Notes under the pieces: generated by a model
What the model was told of the DNA's origin: nothing
The model's input: the letters and a program-made list of their open reading frames with translations, nothing else
Databases searched by the model: none
Position numbers and translations under genes: made by a program
Shown: in pieces, positions 32,297 to 42,754 of the stretch
Layout: the number at the start of each line of letters is the position of its first letter
Position numbering within the stretch: position 1 is the first letter of the stretch
Assembly: GCA_009859145.1 (NCBI GenBank)
Contig: VRVR01000016.1
Coordinates: 47,370 to 111,369, forward strand
Direction of reading: 5' to 3'
Length of the DNA: 64,000 nt
Origin: Andalucia godoyi And28
Taxonomy: Eukaryota > Protista > Jakobida

Positions 32297-34192
32297 ATGA
32301 AAAATAAGAATGGTTTGGAGGCCGGAAGCAAGGTTGTGGGAGAAAGAAGGAAGATGATGCTTGTTGAAGGATGGTGTCCTGACCAAAAGCGAGTTCCCGG
32401 GACGGATTGGATAGTGGATGGATTTTCGTTTCGCGTGAATCCGACGTATCAAACGTATTTTCTCACGCACTATCACTCGGATCATTATGGAGGTCTGGGC
32501 AAGTCGTTTGAGAACGGAGTTGTCTATTGCTCGGAGGCAACTGCGAAGCTGGTGATCTTGTGTTTGCAAGTGGATCCGAAGTTCGTGAAGGGGCTTCCGC
32601 TGAACACGCCACAGGAGTTTCGAGAAGGCGTGCTAACGCTGCTTGATGCGAATCACTGCCCGGGATCTGCATTGTTCCTTTTTGAAATGAACGACGGGAA
32701 AAGATACTTGCATACAGGAGATTTTCGAGCTGATCCGCACGTCGTGCACTTCCCGCTGTTGAAGACAGTCAAAATAGACATCTTGTTCTTGGACACCACA
32801 TACTGTGCTCCTCGGCACGTGTTTCCGCCACAATCGACAGTCCTTTCCAAGATTGTGGAAGTCGTGGTTGCGGAAAGGCTGAAACACGCTGGCAAGAATG
32901 TGTTGATTTTGATTGGTGCGTATTCGATTGGAAAGGAGCGTGTCGCCATGGCAATTGCACGCCGGTTGGAGTGCAAGATCGTTGTTGCGTACAGGCGATT
33001 AGAAATGCTGAGATGCTGTCTCTCGGGGCCCGACCTCGAATTGTTCACTGCGAAAGCGTCCGATAGTGATGTGCACATGATCCCGCTTTGGGGAATGAAA
33101 TTTCAGCATTTGGAGGAGTATGCTGCGCAATGCAAAGGAAAATCCTACGATTCGATCTGCGCGTTTGAGCCCACCGGTTGGACGTTTTCCCAGAAACAAG
33201 ACGGAATGTTCAAGAAGGCCGAAAAGGGCAGATGTTCATTGTACAGAATACCATACTCGGAACACAGCTCCTTCCAAGAACTGCGCATGTTTGTCGAGTT
33301 TGTCAGACCGGCTTGTATATACCCAACTGTCAATGTTTCGTCTGCCAAACGCGTGCGCAATATGCTTTCTCATTTCCACGACTTGGTTTCTCTGCCGCCT
33401 TCGAACGCAGATCATCCTTTGCTTGCTTCCCTTGCAAGGCGAGATGAACGGCGACGATTGAGAGGAGAAGATGCGGCAGATGATGATGTAGATACCAGCC
33501 ATTCATCATCGAAGAATACACCAACGAGTGCCGTCGCAAAGGGCTTGAAGTCCATCATGGCGTTTTTCAAAGGATCGGCATCTGCTCCAGCCCTAACTGC
33601 TGCTTCGATGGTTTGCGCCTCATCTTCGACTGGCCCTTCTGCTGTTCGTATGCCAGCCGCAGCTTCAGTGCCGCCGACGAGATCTCTGCGAAAATTGCCT
33701 CCAGATGACGATTTTGTTGACGACGACGACGATGTTGTTGACGACGACGACGATGACGACGATGACGAACAACATTTGCTCGGTGCCAGAAAGAGAGGCT
33801 TTTTTAAAGATGTGGATGACGAAGGGTTTGTCGATGTGGTGGATGTCAACGAGGCAGAAGGTATTGTTTGTGCTCCTGGCTCACACACGTCTCCGAATGA
33901 AACGGTGTTTGACATTACTTGCGTCGATATTGACGAGCAGCAACGCATCATGCAACAAATACTGTCACGAGATCCGCCAACCTCCTCGCTACCCCGTTCC
34001 ACTGCGGTAGCCTCGGGACCAACGATATCGCATATGGTTGCATGTGTTGCTGATTCACCTGTTCATTCTCCTGGTTCCTTCCCCATGCTTTCGCAGACGA
34101 AGAATCCGCGAAAGCGTTCGTCGTCAGACAGCACCATGAAAGCAACCAGCGCTGCAAAACAAGCGAAGCTCGTGCAGTTTTTCAAAAGATAG
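32297..34192 (+). CDS. SNM1: DNA cross-link repair nuclease SNM1/PSO2 (metallo-beta-lactamase, beta-CASP)
   Basis: Motifs FLTHYHSDHYGGL, DANHCPGS, LHTGDFR, LFLDTTY, GKE, PTGW and PYSEHSSF.EL. Confidence 0.93.
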   Translation: MKNKNGLEAGSKVVGERRKMMLVEGWCPDQKRVPGTDWIVDGFSFRVNPTYQTYFLTHYHSDHYGGLGKSFENGVVYCSEATAKLVILCLQVDPKFVKGLPLNTPQEFREGVLTLLDANHCPGSALFLFEMNDGKRYLHTGDFRADPHVVHFPLLKTVKIDILFLDTTYCAPRHVFPPQSTVLSKIVEVVVAERLKHAGKNVLILIGAYSIGKERVAMAIARRLECKIVVAYRRLEMLRCCLSGPDLELFTAKASDSDVHMIPLWGMKFQHLEEYAAQCKGKSYDSICAFEPTGWTFSQKQDGMFKKAEKGRCSLYRIPYSEHSSFQELRMFVEFVRPACIYPTVNVSSAKRVRNMLSHFHDLVSLPPSNADHPLLASLARRDERRRLRGEDAADDDVDTSHSSSKNTPTSAVAKGLKSIMAFFKGSASAPALTAASMVCASSSTGPSAVRMPAAASVPPTRSLRKLPPDDDFVDDDDDVVDDDDDDDDDEQHLLGARKRGFFKDVDDEGFVDVVDVNEAEGIVCAPGSHTSPNETVFDITCVDIDEQQRIMQQILSRDPPTSSLPRSTAVASGPTISHMVACVADSPVHSPGSFPMLSQTKNPRKRSSSDSTMKATSAAKQAKLVQFFKR

Positions 34193-34278
34193 GAAGCGAG
34201 GGAGTTCCGTTTCACCATACGAGAAGAAGAAGAACTAAACACTCGAGGAATAATACTCGTTCAACACTATTTTTATAC

Positions 34279-35262
34279 TCATGATGACGGCGATGGGGAT
34301 GGAGAGAGGACCTGCGGCAAGTACATAGACGATCGCGACCGCGCACGTGAATCAGCCAGTCTTTCGACGACGGTGAACACTCCCTTGGACCACAAATCAA
34401 ACTCGTCTTGATTGTAGGCGACCAAATGCAGGACTTGTTCTTTTCCGCCCTGAAGGACAAGAAGCTTGATCGAGTATCGCAGCTGCGCGTCGGACACGAA
34501 CTTGGTGTGGAGATAGGCCTGTGGACCCCATTCGACGCCAGTGACGACTGCCGAATTGATGACGCTTGCGTTTCTGTCGTCTCCCCACAACACGGATCCA
34601 GTGTATGGATCCAAAGTAAACAACTGGTCCAGCGGCTTTGACTTGCCCTGTTTCGCGAGCATCATTAACATGCATCCGGACTCGAGTTTGTGCATCTGGC
34701 GAAGTTCCTCTGGCGAGTACCGAACGGATTCGATTTCAACGGTGTCCCGCGTCAGCAACGCCTTCATGTCTGACTCGGCTCTCCGAAGCTGCTCCTCAAG
34801 CCTCTTCTTCACAAACATCTCGGCCTCCGACAGATTCTTTCTCTGCCGAAGGGCATACAAGGATGCTCGGAGATCCGAAATCTCTTCCTGAACATGTTCC
34901 TTCTGCTCGAGCTTCTTCAGTAGCGCCGTCGCATCGCCCAGCAGCTTCGTCTGCTTGGCCTTCGCCTTCCATTTCTGCCCAACAGCCCACACTGTCAGAA
35001 CATTGTTCCAACGAGCGACTGCAACGGATGCATCTCCTGGACGACCAGTCACAAGAAACGACGGCGTGTCAATCCCAATCTCTGCAAGTTTCAGAGAATC
35101 GCCAAGACGCATATTCTCACGCGCGCGCGCTTTTGTGTACTCTTGCTCAAGATAGTCCAGATGATCAAGCTTTTCATTGATCACGTGCGACTGTGCTCTC
35201 TGAAGAACAAGCTCCTTCACTTGGGCCTGCAGCGCCGCAATCGACCGCGTAAGATCCTCCAT
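34279..35262 (-). CDS. Coiled-coil protein with a C-terminal PH-like domain
   Basis: Heptad-rich N-terminal half. The C-terminal segment (LMMLAKQG...FTLDP..GSVLWG...LHLVAYNQDEFDLWSKGV) has PH-domain character. ATG at 35262. Confidence 0.65.
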   Translation of the reverse strand: MEDLTRSIAALQAQVKELVLQRAQSHVINEKLDHLDYLEQEYTKARARENMRLGDSLKLAEIGIDTPSFLVTGRPGDASVAVARWNNVLTVWAVGQKWKAKAKQTKLLGDATALLKKLEQKEHVQEEISDLRASLYALRQRKNLSEAEMFVKKRLEEQLRRAESDMKALLTRDTVEIESVRYSPEELRQMHKLESGCMLMMLAKQGKSKPLDQLFTLDPYTGSVLWGDDRNASVINSAVVTGVEWGPQAYLHTKFVSDAQLRYSIKLLVLQGGKEQVLHLVAYNQDEFDLWSKGVFTVVERLADSRARSRSSMYLPQVLSPSPSPSS

Positions 35263-35302
35263 GTGCACCAGCGGTTAATAAAAAAATTAAAAAAATTATA
35301 TA

Positions 35303-35336
<34 letters not shown>

Positions 35337-35698
35337 AACAACTGACCAAGGGAACAAAGGAACAAACAAAAACAAAAAAAATGCTTGTTTGTGTCAAAGC
35401 GTGTACTAAGATTAGGAAGGGGAGATGTATTGGATATTGTAGCGGGAAAGAAAAATAATAACAATGAAAGCGAGAAAAGAGACAGAAAGAACAAAAGGAA
35501 AATGTAAAGAATGCTAATTAAGAAAAAGAATCGGTGATAAAGAGAGAAGTTGGACAAAGGAAAAATGAGGATGGTGCGAATGCCTGATGGTCGACTTGGA
35601 TTCGAACCATCCGGTGTGCTGAAGGAAAGGGGCATGCGGTGAGCTGATGTGTACAGCAGGCGATCGGGGTTGTTTTGCAAAAAAGCCGGGGGAAGGGC

Positions 35699-35776
35699 CT
35701 GACGTACTTTTGCGGGGCTGACGTACTTTTGCGGGGCTGACGTACTTTTGCGGGGCTGACGTACTTTTGCGGGGCT
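35699..35776. repeat. Perfect 19-bp tandem repeat x4 (CTGACGTACTTTTGCGGGG)
   Basis: GACGTAC recurs at 35701, 35720, 35739 and 35758. Confidence 0.95.
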
Positions 35777-35942
35777 GCGTACGTACACACACTTCCAGAG
35801 ACGTGATTAAATCATTGCTGGTGGCTGCACTCGCAAGAACACCCGCAGTATCACAATCGGATTCATTGGTCCACAAACTGGTTCTTGTTCTTTCTGAATT
35901 TGCTTTAATTTCTGGTTTTGTGCATTGTTTTTGTTTCTGAAT

Positions 35943-35944
<2 letters not shown>

Positions 35945-35984
<40 letters not shown>
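35945..35984. repeat. (AAT)n microsatellite
   Basis: Direct reading. Confidence 0.9.
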
Positions 35985-36150
35985 TTGATTGGAGTTGATC
36001 CACTCGTTGTATTTGTTGTTTTCGCATTGGCATTCGCCTCGCACCTCCAAACTCCCACATTTCATACTTCACACTGCACACTTTTTTCATACCCCAACAA
36101 TTCCTCACTTGCCGATCACAACAGTCTGAAAAAGGGAGCACATGTACTAA

Positions 36151-37725
36151 ATGCCGAGCAAGAACGGAGTCACAACAGTTGTGTGTCTGTACATCATTCT
36201 CATTCTGTACTCGCCATTCATTGTGCTGGTTCTGCCGCCGCTGACGTACTTTGGGTTTCTTTGGATCACGAACCGTCGAGTGTTTTCGAAGTTGGTTGTC
36301 AAAAGAACTGCAAAAGTAGCAGAGCAGAAGTTGCCCATGATGGTGTCGGAATGGCTTCGCAACCACGAGGCGGAATTGGTGCACTTGTCTGTGGAGGCCA
36401 TTGCATCGGACATATCGTTCCATGTTCAAGAACAGCACACCATGCTTCGCTCGGTGAAGGATTGGTTCGGAACACGAAAGCAGCCAGCTGCAACGGAACT
36501 CAGCAGCGATCAGACGCGCAGTCTATTCAGCTTCCTGAAAGATATAGAACCCGCGGCTGCGACTCTCGACAAGAATGCAAAAAAGATGATTACCGAATTG
36601 TCTCTGGCAGCACTCCAAAATCTGTCGGACCGAATGGATCCCGATTTGAAAAAGTCCTGCATGCAAATCTTGGTGGCTGTCGGGGAAGTAAGCGATGTGC
36701 TATCCATGCAAGGTGGAGAGGACGTTGTGGTCGATTCCCTTGCAGAATTGATGGTCGCATCGTCATTGAACCTGGATCTTGCGACGAAGAAGGAAGACGG
36801 AATCGCTGCAGACCAGGCAGTGCTGGATCCGATGATTACAAAGTCCGGGAATTCACTTTCCTCTGGCGGGAGCGCTGCAAGCACTCGCATGCAAGACATC
36901 CTCCGATGGTACTCATTCCCAACCGCCGACATGGTTCGGCCAAAGAAGCCAGCCACGAAGACGGTATCCCTGTGCAACGGAGAATGCTTTGTCATCGTAA
37001 GTCCGTTGCGTTCTGTCGCAGACTACATTATCCTCTTTCCTGGAACTCGAAACTTTGAGACGTACAGCTACTCCCTACTCCCTGGTGCCACCGAATCCAC
37101 AAGGGACCTGTTTGGGAACGGTCTGTCAGAAGATGGGCATGTTCTAAAGGCCTATTCCTCGGTGTTTCGTTGGGCATGGTCTTCGATTATGCCTGTCCTG
37201 GCCGGAGGAGAAACGCAGTCCATTCTGAACTCGCGAATTCTCATCGCAGGGCACGGGTTTGGTGCAGGACTTGCAACGCTTGCAGCCGCGAAGCTGGGCG
37301 TCCTAATGCAGTGCCAAATGGCCAGCGGGCTGGGCAAAATCCAAGTGACCACAACCTCCACGCCCGTTTTATTCGATGGAGCCGCCGCGGCAGCATATCA
37401 ATCGCTGTCGATGATATCCCACCACCAGTTTCGCCATATCCTGGATATCTTGCCGTATGTCCGAATGCAGTCCCGCGGCCTATGCATCTCGGGGAAGGAC
37501 GTTCCGCTTGCTCCTTCCGAATCTCCAGATTCTCTGAATTGGAACGTACTGAACTGCTTGTCCAAGCATAGTGACTATGTAGCAACGATTCAGCAAGTCG
37601 CGCGGACGTGCATGCTTCACTTAGACTCAGTATCCACCGTTCGACTGTATGGAGAATCCAAACGACTGAGCACTAACGAGCTGGCCAACCACTTTTGCTC
37701 CTCAGCATGGAGAATCGAAGAATAA
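36151..37725 (+). CDS. Membrane-anchored lipase class 3-fold protein lacking the nucleophile Ser (GHGFG)
   Basis: N-terminal hydrophobic segment. Lipase_3-like IILFPGT, VLKAYSSVF, ILIAGHGFGAGLATLAA, ILDILPYV and KHSDY. Confidence 0.75.
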   Translation: MPSKNGVTTVVCLYIILILYSPFIVLVLPPLTYFGFLWITNRRVFSKLVVKRTAKVAEQKLPMMVSEWLRNHEAELVHLSVEAIASDISFHVQEQHTMLRSVKDWFGTRKQPAATELSSDQTRSLFSFLKDIEPAAATLDKNAKKMITELSLAALQNLSDRMDPDLKKSCMQILVAVGEVSDVLSMQGGEDVVVDSLAELMVASSLNLDLATKKEDGIAADQAVLDPMITKSGNSLSSGGSAASTRMQDILRWYSFPTADMVRPKKPATKTVSLCNGECFVIVSPLRSVADYIILFPGTRNFETYSYSLLPGATESTRDLFGNGLSEDGHVLKAYSSVFRWAWSSIMPVLAGGETQSILNSRILIAGHGFGAGLATLAAAKLGVLMQCQMASGLGKIQVTTTSTPVLFDGAAAAAYQSLSMISHHQFRHILDILPYVRMQSRGLCISGKDVPLAPSESPDSLNWNVLNCLSKHSDYVATIQQVARTCMLHLDSVSTVRLYGESKRLSTNELANHFCSSAWRIEE

Positions 37726-38052
37726 GCGGAAGGCAAGGGGGGAAAGAAAGAAGAAACATGCAACAACGGAAACGGAAACGGAAACCGGTCAACATTCGCC
37801 GAACATTCCTGCGCAATGCCCATCCTTTCAAAAACGGTAGCGTTGAAAACATCCAAAAGTACAATGCTTTGAATGACGTAAAATATCAAGACAACTCGAC
37901 GTCCTCTCATATTCACGAACCACCTAGTTACCCGGACGCCGTGCTCCGAGCAGCGAGACCTTTCTGCAAACCCGCAAGCCAGCGTTATCGTTCCCGCTCA
38001 CCATTCTTGTCGGTTTATTTTGCCCCAAACCTGCTAGCAGCAAGCCGATGAG

Positions 38053-38119
38053 AATATGAGAGTGGACAATATGAGAGTGGACAATATGAGAGTGGACAAT
38101 ATGAGAGTGGACAATATGA
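38053..38119. repeat. Perfect 15-bp tandem repeat x4.5 (AATATGAGAGTGGAC)
   Basis: Units start at 38053, 38068, 38083 and 38098, with a partial unit at 38113. Confidence 0.95.
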
Positions 38120-38413
38120 TTTCAAAATAGGCTGAGATAGCTCCAAGCAGCTCGATCCTCCAAAGAAAACCAAAAAACGGACAGTGTTTTTTGTTAAAGT
38201 GCTGTGCTTGACGCTACTACATATGACTCGGAAAGAAGATGCGCCACGACAATTCCCACAGTCAAAACCCGACAGTTCAGGTGTTCGGGACGATCGATAA
38301 TCTCGTGGTGCTTCCCCTGTCTCCCCATCTTCTCGCTCGTTCGTTCAATTTCGACAGTGCAACTCGGGGGAGAGGAGGAGGCGGCGACACCGGTGGAGGA
38401 CTTTGTGTGAAAC

Positions 38414-39277
38414 ATGGCGAGCGCGGCGATCTCTGCGCCGCTTGAAGAGTATTTGGAAGAGCATGCAGTTTCGTTTTACATGGAAGATGCAATTTCGCTG
38501 ATTCTTGCTTTTCGAGTTTCCAACGCCGTAGAGTTTCTCTCCGACTACTTTTCTGCGGTTTCGAACGGGACCAATGTTTTTCACCGGGAGTTTGCGTATG
38601 TATCTGCAACAAGACGGAATCGAGTTGCGTTTCTCGCAATGTTCGAGCACTCATTTCTGTTAGATGAAAGGGAAGAGGAAGGCTCAAAGCTTGCGAAATC
38701 AGATTTTCTGGCTTCGGGTGTAACAGCGGCTTCGTTTCATTCGCTAGCGACAATCATTTGTCCTGACTTCCCACTTCTTTGCACCCAAGTTATGTTTGAT
38801 GCGACCGTCCGTTCAAAAACATGTACTTTGCGACAGGCGTTTGATGCATTTGGAACTCTGTTTGTGTATGCGCCGTTTGTGAGCTGGATCTTGAAATTGA
38901 TGAAAGACGACACCCGATCGCTGATTTCTCGACGAGACCTCTTCAGTGCAAGCACCAGCGGGTCGGTCAAAAAGATGCTCTCGCCGTTGATCGCGACTCG
39001 GTTTGAAGCCGCATTGGCGGACGAAAGTGGCCAGTCTGGGCTTCCGTCGTCTTGCACCGTTCATGACGTGCTGGAATTCATTGCGTCCACTATCGTGCTG
39101 GAAAGGAACGTCTTCCAGTCCTCGCTTTGGATGACGCTGCGGAAATCAGTACGTTTGGCATACCGGGATCTGAAGGTCCGCGAGAACACGACGGCCGTTG
39201 CGGCCGCAGTGCAGCCACCAGTCGAGAAGAACAAACCCAAGAAAACAATCGCAAAACCAATGTCGGCGAGAAAGTAA
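38414..39277 (+). CDS. CSTPP1: Centriolar satellite-associated tubulin polyglutamylase complex regulator (C11orf49/CSTPP1-like)
   Basis: EYLEEHAVSFYMEDAI...FLSDYFSAVSNGTNVFHREFAYVSATRRNRVAFL...ICPDFPL parallels the C11orf49 N-terminus as recalled. Confidence 0.85.
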   Translation: MASAAISAPLEEYLEEHAVSFYMEDAISLILAFRVSNAVEFLSDYFSAVSNGTNVFHREFAYVSATRRNRVAFLAMFEHSFLLDEREEEGSKLAKSDFLASGVTAASFHSLATIICPDFPLLCTQVMFDATVRSKTCTLRQAFDAFGTLFVYAPFVSWILKLMKDDTRSLISRRDLFSASTSGSVKKMLSPLIATRFEAALADESGQSGLPSSCTVHDVLEFIASTIVLERNVFQSSLWMTLRKSVRLAYRDLKVRENTTAVAAAVQPPVEKNKPKKTIAKPMSARK

Positions 39278-39497
39278 GGCGCTGCAAACTGCCAATTGTT
39301 GTCGCACAAGAAATATAAGTTATATTTACACAGAAGATCGCGCGTGTGAAGCAAGGCACTTCCCGTCAGTTTGAAGATGAGTGTATAGGCGAATGCAACA
39401 CGGATCAGCAGCGAGAAAATGTCTAATTTTGTGTGCGAGTAAGCGACGGAGAATGCGAGTGCGAGTGCGAGTGCGGCGTGGGCGGAGACGGTACCGC

Positions 39498-42368
39498 TCA
39501 TTGCGAGAATGACTGCTCTGTGCGAAATTCCACTTCTTTGTGCAAGGAGTGCATCAGGGACGATGGCTGCAATGTGTTTTGCATCCATGGATGCTGCAAC
39601 AGTTCCGTGGCTGACGGCCGCTGGCTCCACTCCCGAGCCAGGCATCGTTGGATAAAATCAAGTCCGTCTGGTGAAACGAATTTTGCCATGTCCGCTGGGA
39701 TTGGGCTGATCGAGGGATCCGCAATCGCGAAGAAGACCCGGAATCCTTGTTCATCCGCATATGTCTTGTATCCCGTAAGAAGCTCAATGCTGGTGCATGC
39801 CAGCGACCAAATGTCGCATGCGTACGAATACGGTTCTGCATTCACGACTTCCGGTGCCACATAATGAGGCGTGCCAACAACAGACCGTTGCATTGTTTGC
39901 AGTCCAAGCACCTGGGAACTCGCTCCGAAGTCAGATATCTTCACCACTCCCGACGATGTCAATAAAAGATTCGCTGGTTTGATGTCTCGATGAATAAGGT
40001 GTTTTTCATGGAGATACTGCAGACCGACCACTGTTTGCCGGATGCACGACCGGACAACGTTCTCGGAGAGGCGGCCAATCAGTGACAAATCCAAAACGCT
40101 GCTCAGGGATCCAAGGTCTGCCAACTCCATCACAACCACAAAATCCTTCTCTACCTCGTCGTAATAGCACAGGCGATAAGAAATCACATTTGGGTGATGG
40201 AGATTCTGGAAGATGAACGATTCGAGCTCCATCAATTTTTTTGTCTTATCATTCACATCTGCACAAGGAATAAGCTTGATGGCTACCGGCATTTCATGAT
40301 TCGAATCAGCTCCATAGAGAATGCGGCCACGATACACGCGAGATGTGGCACCTTGACCAATCAATGCATCAAAGACAAGCTCCTCGGATCCCGAGAGTGC
40401 GATCGAAGACGATCCGGAACTTTTCCGGATTACAGAATCGGATGGTGAGATTGGGCCTTCCAAAGAGCTGACAGGAACCGTGAATGGTGCAGCATTGTGA
40501 TTGGCAGTAGAGTCATAAATGGCCGGCGATTCCGACGGAGGAACGTCATCCAGTCCGTCGTCCTCTCGATTCATGTGAAATACTTCAACACTGTCCTTGA
40601 GCTGCCGCATCAACAATTGAAGTTGCTCTTTTTGTTGTGATCCACGGCGACTCAGCACTGCACTTTCAGGACGCGAGCTCATCGCAGACTGCGGTCTCGA
40701 CTTCATGCGATCCAGCAACAGCGGTGCAACCACTGAACCACGAAGCGACATTGGCTCCTCCGAGTGCATGTGCGTTTCCAGATTCGTCGGAGATTCCACG
40801 TACCGAGTTGGGACGGTTCGGCGGTTGGCAGGCATCACGCCAAGACCGTCCGATCTGCTGGACTCGTCGCTTGCTCCAGAAGTGTCCATGGGTTTATCGA
40901 CGTCCGCTTGCAGCTCCTTGCCGTCATCGTCGTAAATCAGAGCACCATCCACTGTCGTTCCCGTGTTCACCACGTCGTCGTCGTCGTCGATGGCGACGGC
41001 GATGGCGCTGTTATTGCCATCTCCGAACGCATCTTGGATTTCCTCGTCCAGGGAATCAATGATGGAAATGGCATCGCTTTTCTGGAAGGACGGGCGTGGT
41101 AGCTGCTTCGCAGTCAGCTTTTGACGCATCACGATCCTCGGAGTGCTGTACGGCGAAGTATCTGGGCAATAACGGGCCTTCGACCCTGGAGTACCGCCAC
41201 TTAAGGGTGCCAGCGAGACGGAAGAGGTTGTGGACAGGTGAACCTGCACATTCTGTACATTGAAATCGACATCAGCAACCTCCGGAGTCGTGATGTCAAT
41301 CGGAGCGACTGTCGGGCGCGGATGCACAAAGGCCTTTGGAGGACTTGGGTAATTTCCGTTAGGAACATCGATATTCAGGTTCATTTCGGAGGAAGGGTCG
41401 TTGCTGCGGTGAATGGCGGCCTTTTCTGATTCCGTAGATGCTGCGGACGGACGATGCTGCCCCTTCACTCCCTGGAACTCAGTAATTTCTCGGATGGTGC
41501 GTCTCTTCCAATGATTGAACTCGTCCCTCGCCTTCTCCTCGTCAAAGGAATTGGAATCGCCGGCGACTGCCAGTGACTCGACCTGTTCTTTCAGCTGCGA
41601 ATAGTAATTCTCGAAATTCATATTCTCCACGATTTCGACACTCCACGACGCAATCTCTTTTTCTCTCCGACCCCTGCGAGCTTCCATGGCTCGATACTCG
41701 GCATCAAACTTCCGATCATCCTTCTCGCCAACAGCCTCCCTGACGGCCTTGTACCTGGTCCAATCCTTCACCGCTGCAGCAAGCAAATTGATGTAGATGT
41801 TCAGCTGATCAATGCGGGCATAGATGGAGTCAATTCTCCTGCGGCGCTTTTCGGACGGACTTGCCTTGAGAATGGATTCCATTGCCAGAATCTGCTGGTC
41901 CATCTCCGAAAGCTCTCTGTACGCAGCATGCAGACACAGCTTCGGATCCGTAGACCTTTCATACACAATCTTGTTTCCCTGGGCGTCCAGTCCACGCGGA
42001 TACAACTGTTCCAACTCGACGTACTCGCCCGAGTCCATCCGTTCTTTCGCAACCGCCAAGCTCTTGAATGACGTCTGGAACTCTCTTACATCCTCCTCCT
42101 CTGTTTTTTTGGGGGATGCGATCATGGAGTTCAGCAGCCGAAACGAAAACGGGCCATCTTCATCACTGTCATAATCACTGTTTTCATGAATACGCTCCTC
42201 AGGAATAGCCACAACTTCCTCCACACCAGCTTGGGCAGCAACATGAACCGGAGACACACTTTGCTCCTGTCTCGCAAACTCCAGGGTCCGGATCGATGAC
42301 GAAGCATGTGCTCGCTCTTTCGCACTCGGGGACCTCAGCGAACCCGATCCGCTCGACTTTTTAATCAT
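39498..42368 (-). CDS. STE-group (MAP3K/Cdc15-like) Ser/Thr kinase with a long N-terminal coiled-coil/low-complexity region
   Basis: Motifs IGQGATSRVY, VAIK, HPNVI, HRDIKPAN, DFG, GTPHYVAPE and DIWSLACT. Confidence 0.92.
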   Translation of the reverse strand: MIKKSSGSGSLRSPSAKERAHASSSIRTLEFARQEQSVSPVHVAAQAGVEEVVAIPEERIHENSDYDSDEDGPFSFRLLNSMIASPKKTEEEDVREFQTSFKSLAVAKERMDSGEYVELEQLYPRGLDAQGNKIVYERSTDPKLCLHAAYRELSEMDQQILAMESILKASPSEKRRRRIDSIYARIDQLNIYINLLAAAVKDWTRYKAVREAVGEKDDRKFDAEYRAMEARRGRREKEIASWSVEIVENMNFENYYSQLKEQVESLAVAGDSNSFDEEKARDEFNHWKRRTIREITEFQGVKGQHRPSAASTESEKAAIHRSNDPSSEMNLNIDVPNGNYPSPPKAFVHPRPTVAPIDITTPEVADVDFNVQNVQVHLSTTSSVSLAPLSGGTPGSKARYCPDTSPYSTPRIVMRQKLTAKQLPRPSFQKSDAISIIDSLDEEIQDAFGDGNNSAIAVAIDDDDDVVNTGTTVDGALIYDDDGKELQADVDKPMDTSGASDESSRSDGLGVMPANRRTVPTRYVESPTNLETHMHSEEPMSLRGSVVAPLLLDRMKSRPQSAMSSRPESAVLSRRGSQQKEQLQLLMRQLKDSVEVFHMNREDDGLDDVPPSESPAIYDSTANHNAAPFTVPVSSLEGPISPSDSVIRKSSGSSSIALSGSEELVFDALIGQGATSRVYRGRILYGADSNHEMPVAIKLIPCADVNDKTKKLMELESFIFQNLHHPNVISYRLCYYDEVEKDFVVVMELADLGSLSSVLDLSLIGRLSENVVRSCIRQTVVGLQYLHEKHLIHRDIKPANLLLTSSGVVKISDFGASSQVLGLQTMQRSVVGTPHYVAPEVVNAEPYSYACDIWSLACTSIELLTGYKTYADEQGFRVFFAIADPSISPIPADMAKFVSPDGLDFIQRCLAREWSQRPSATELLQHPWMQNTLQPSSLMHSLHKEVEFRTEQSFSQ

Positions 42369-42571
42369 CTGTCTGACTCTTCTGTTTTTTGCTGGTTTGC
42401 TTGTTTCCCCAGTGCTTTTTTCCTGCAGATTTTAGCTAGCAACTCCCGTTCCTCATTGACTGTCTGCCAAACGTCGTCGAACAATGTTGAAATAAATATA
42501 CGGACTACAACAACCAAGACGACAAGGATGATGACAATTGGAGATTGGAGATTGTGGAACGTAGATTGTGC

Positions 42572-42617
42572 AGTGTGAAATGTGGAGTGTGGAGTGTGAA
42601 ATGTGGAGTGTGGAGTG
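42572..42617. repeat. 21-bp tandem duplication (AGTGTGAAATGTGGAGTGTGG x2)
   Basis: Direct reading. Confidence 0.8.
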
Positions 42618-42754
42618 CAGATTGGTGATGAGCAGCAAGCTTATCGTGGGCAAACTGCACAGTTCTGATGTTTGATAATAGGATTCCCAATCATACCCGA
42701 AAGAGGATATTGGCGACTCCTTGTCAAATGCATGTCTACGACTGCTTGGGAATT

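Noticed and set aside
35585-35620. tRNA gene suggested by GGTTCGAATCC on the minus strand
   Set aside because: Only 3 bp of T-stem can form, and there is no acceptor, anticodon or D arm. At most it is an isolated B-box-like motif or small hairpin.
35699-35776. CRISPR array interpretation of the 19-bp repeat (and of the 15-bp repeat at 38053-38119)
   Set aside because: The units are directly adjacent with no unique spacers, no cas genes are present, and the context is eukaryotic.
35925-37058. 377-aa ORF overlapping the lipase-like gene on the same strand
   Set aside because: It starts at a non-ATG codon in an (AAT)n tract and has the Cys/Arg/His-rich composition typical of an off-frame reading.
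37758-38051. 97-aa ORF beginning MQQRKRKRKP
   Set aside because: The basic start comes from an (AACGGA)n repeat and no family was recognised. There is too little support to call it, though it is not excluded.
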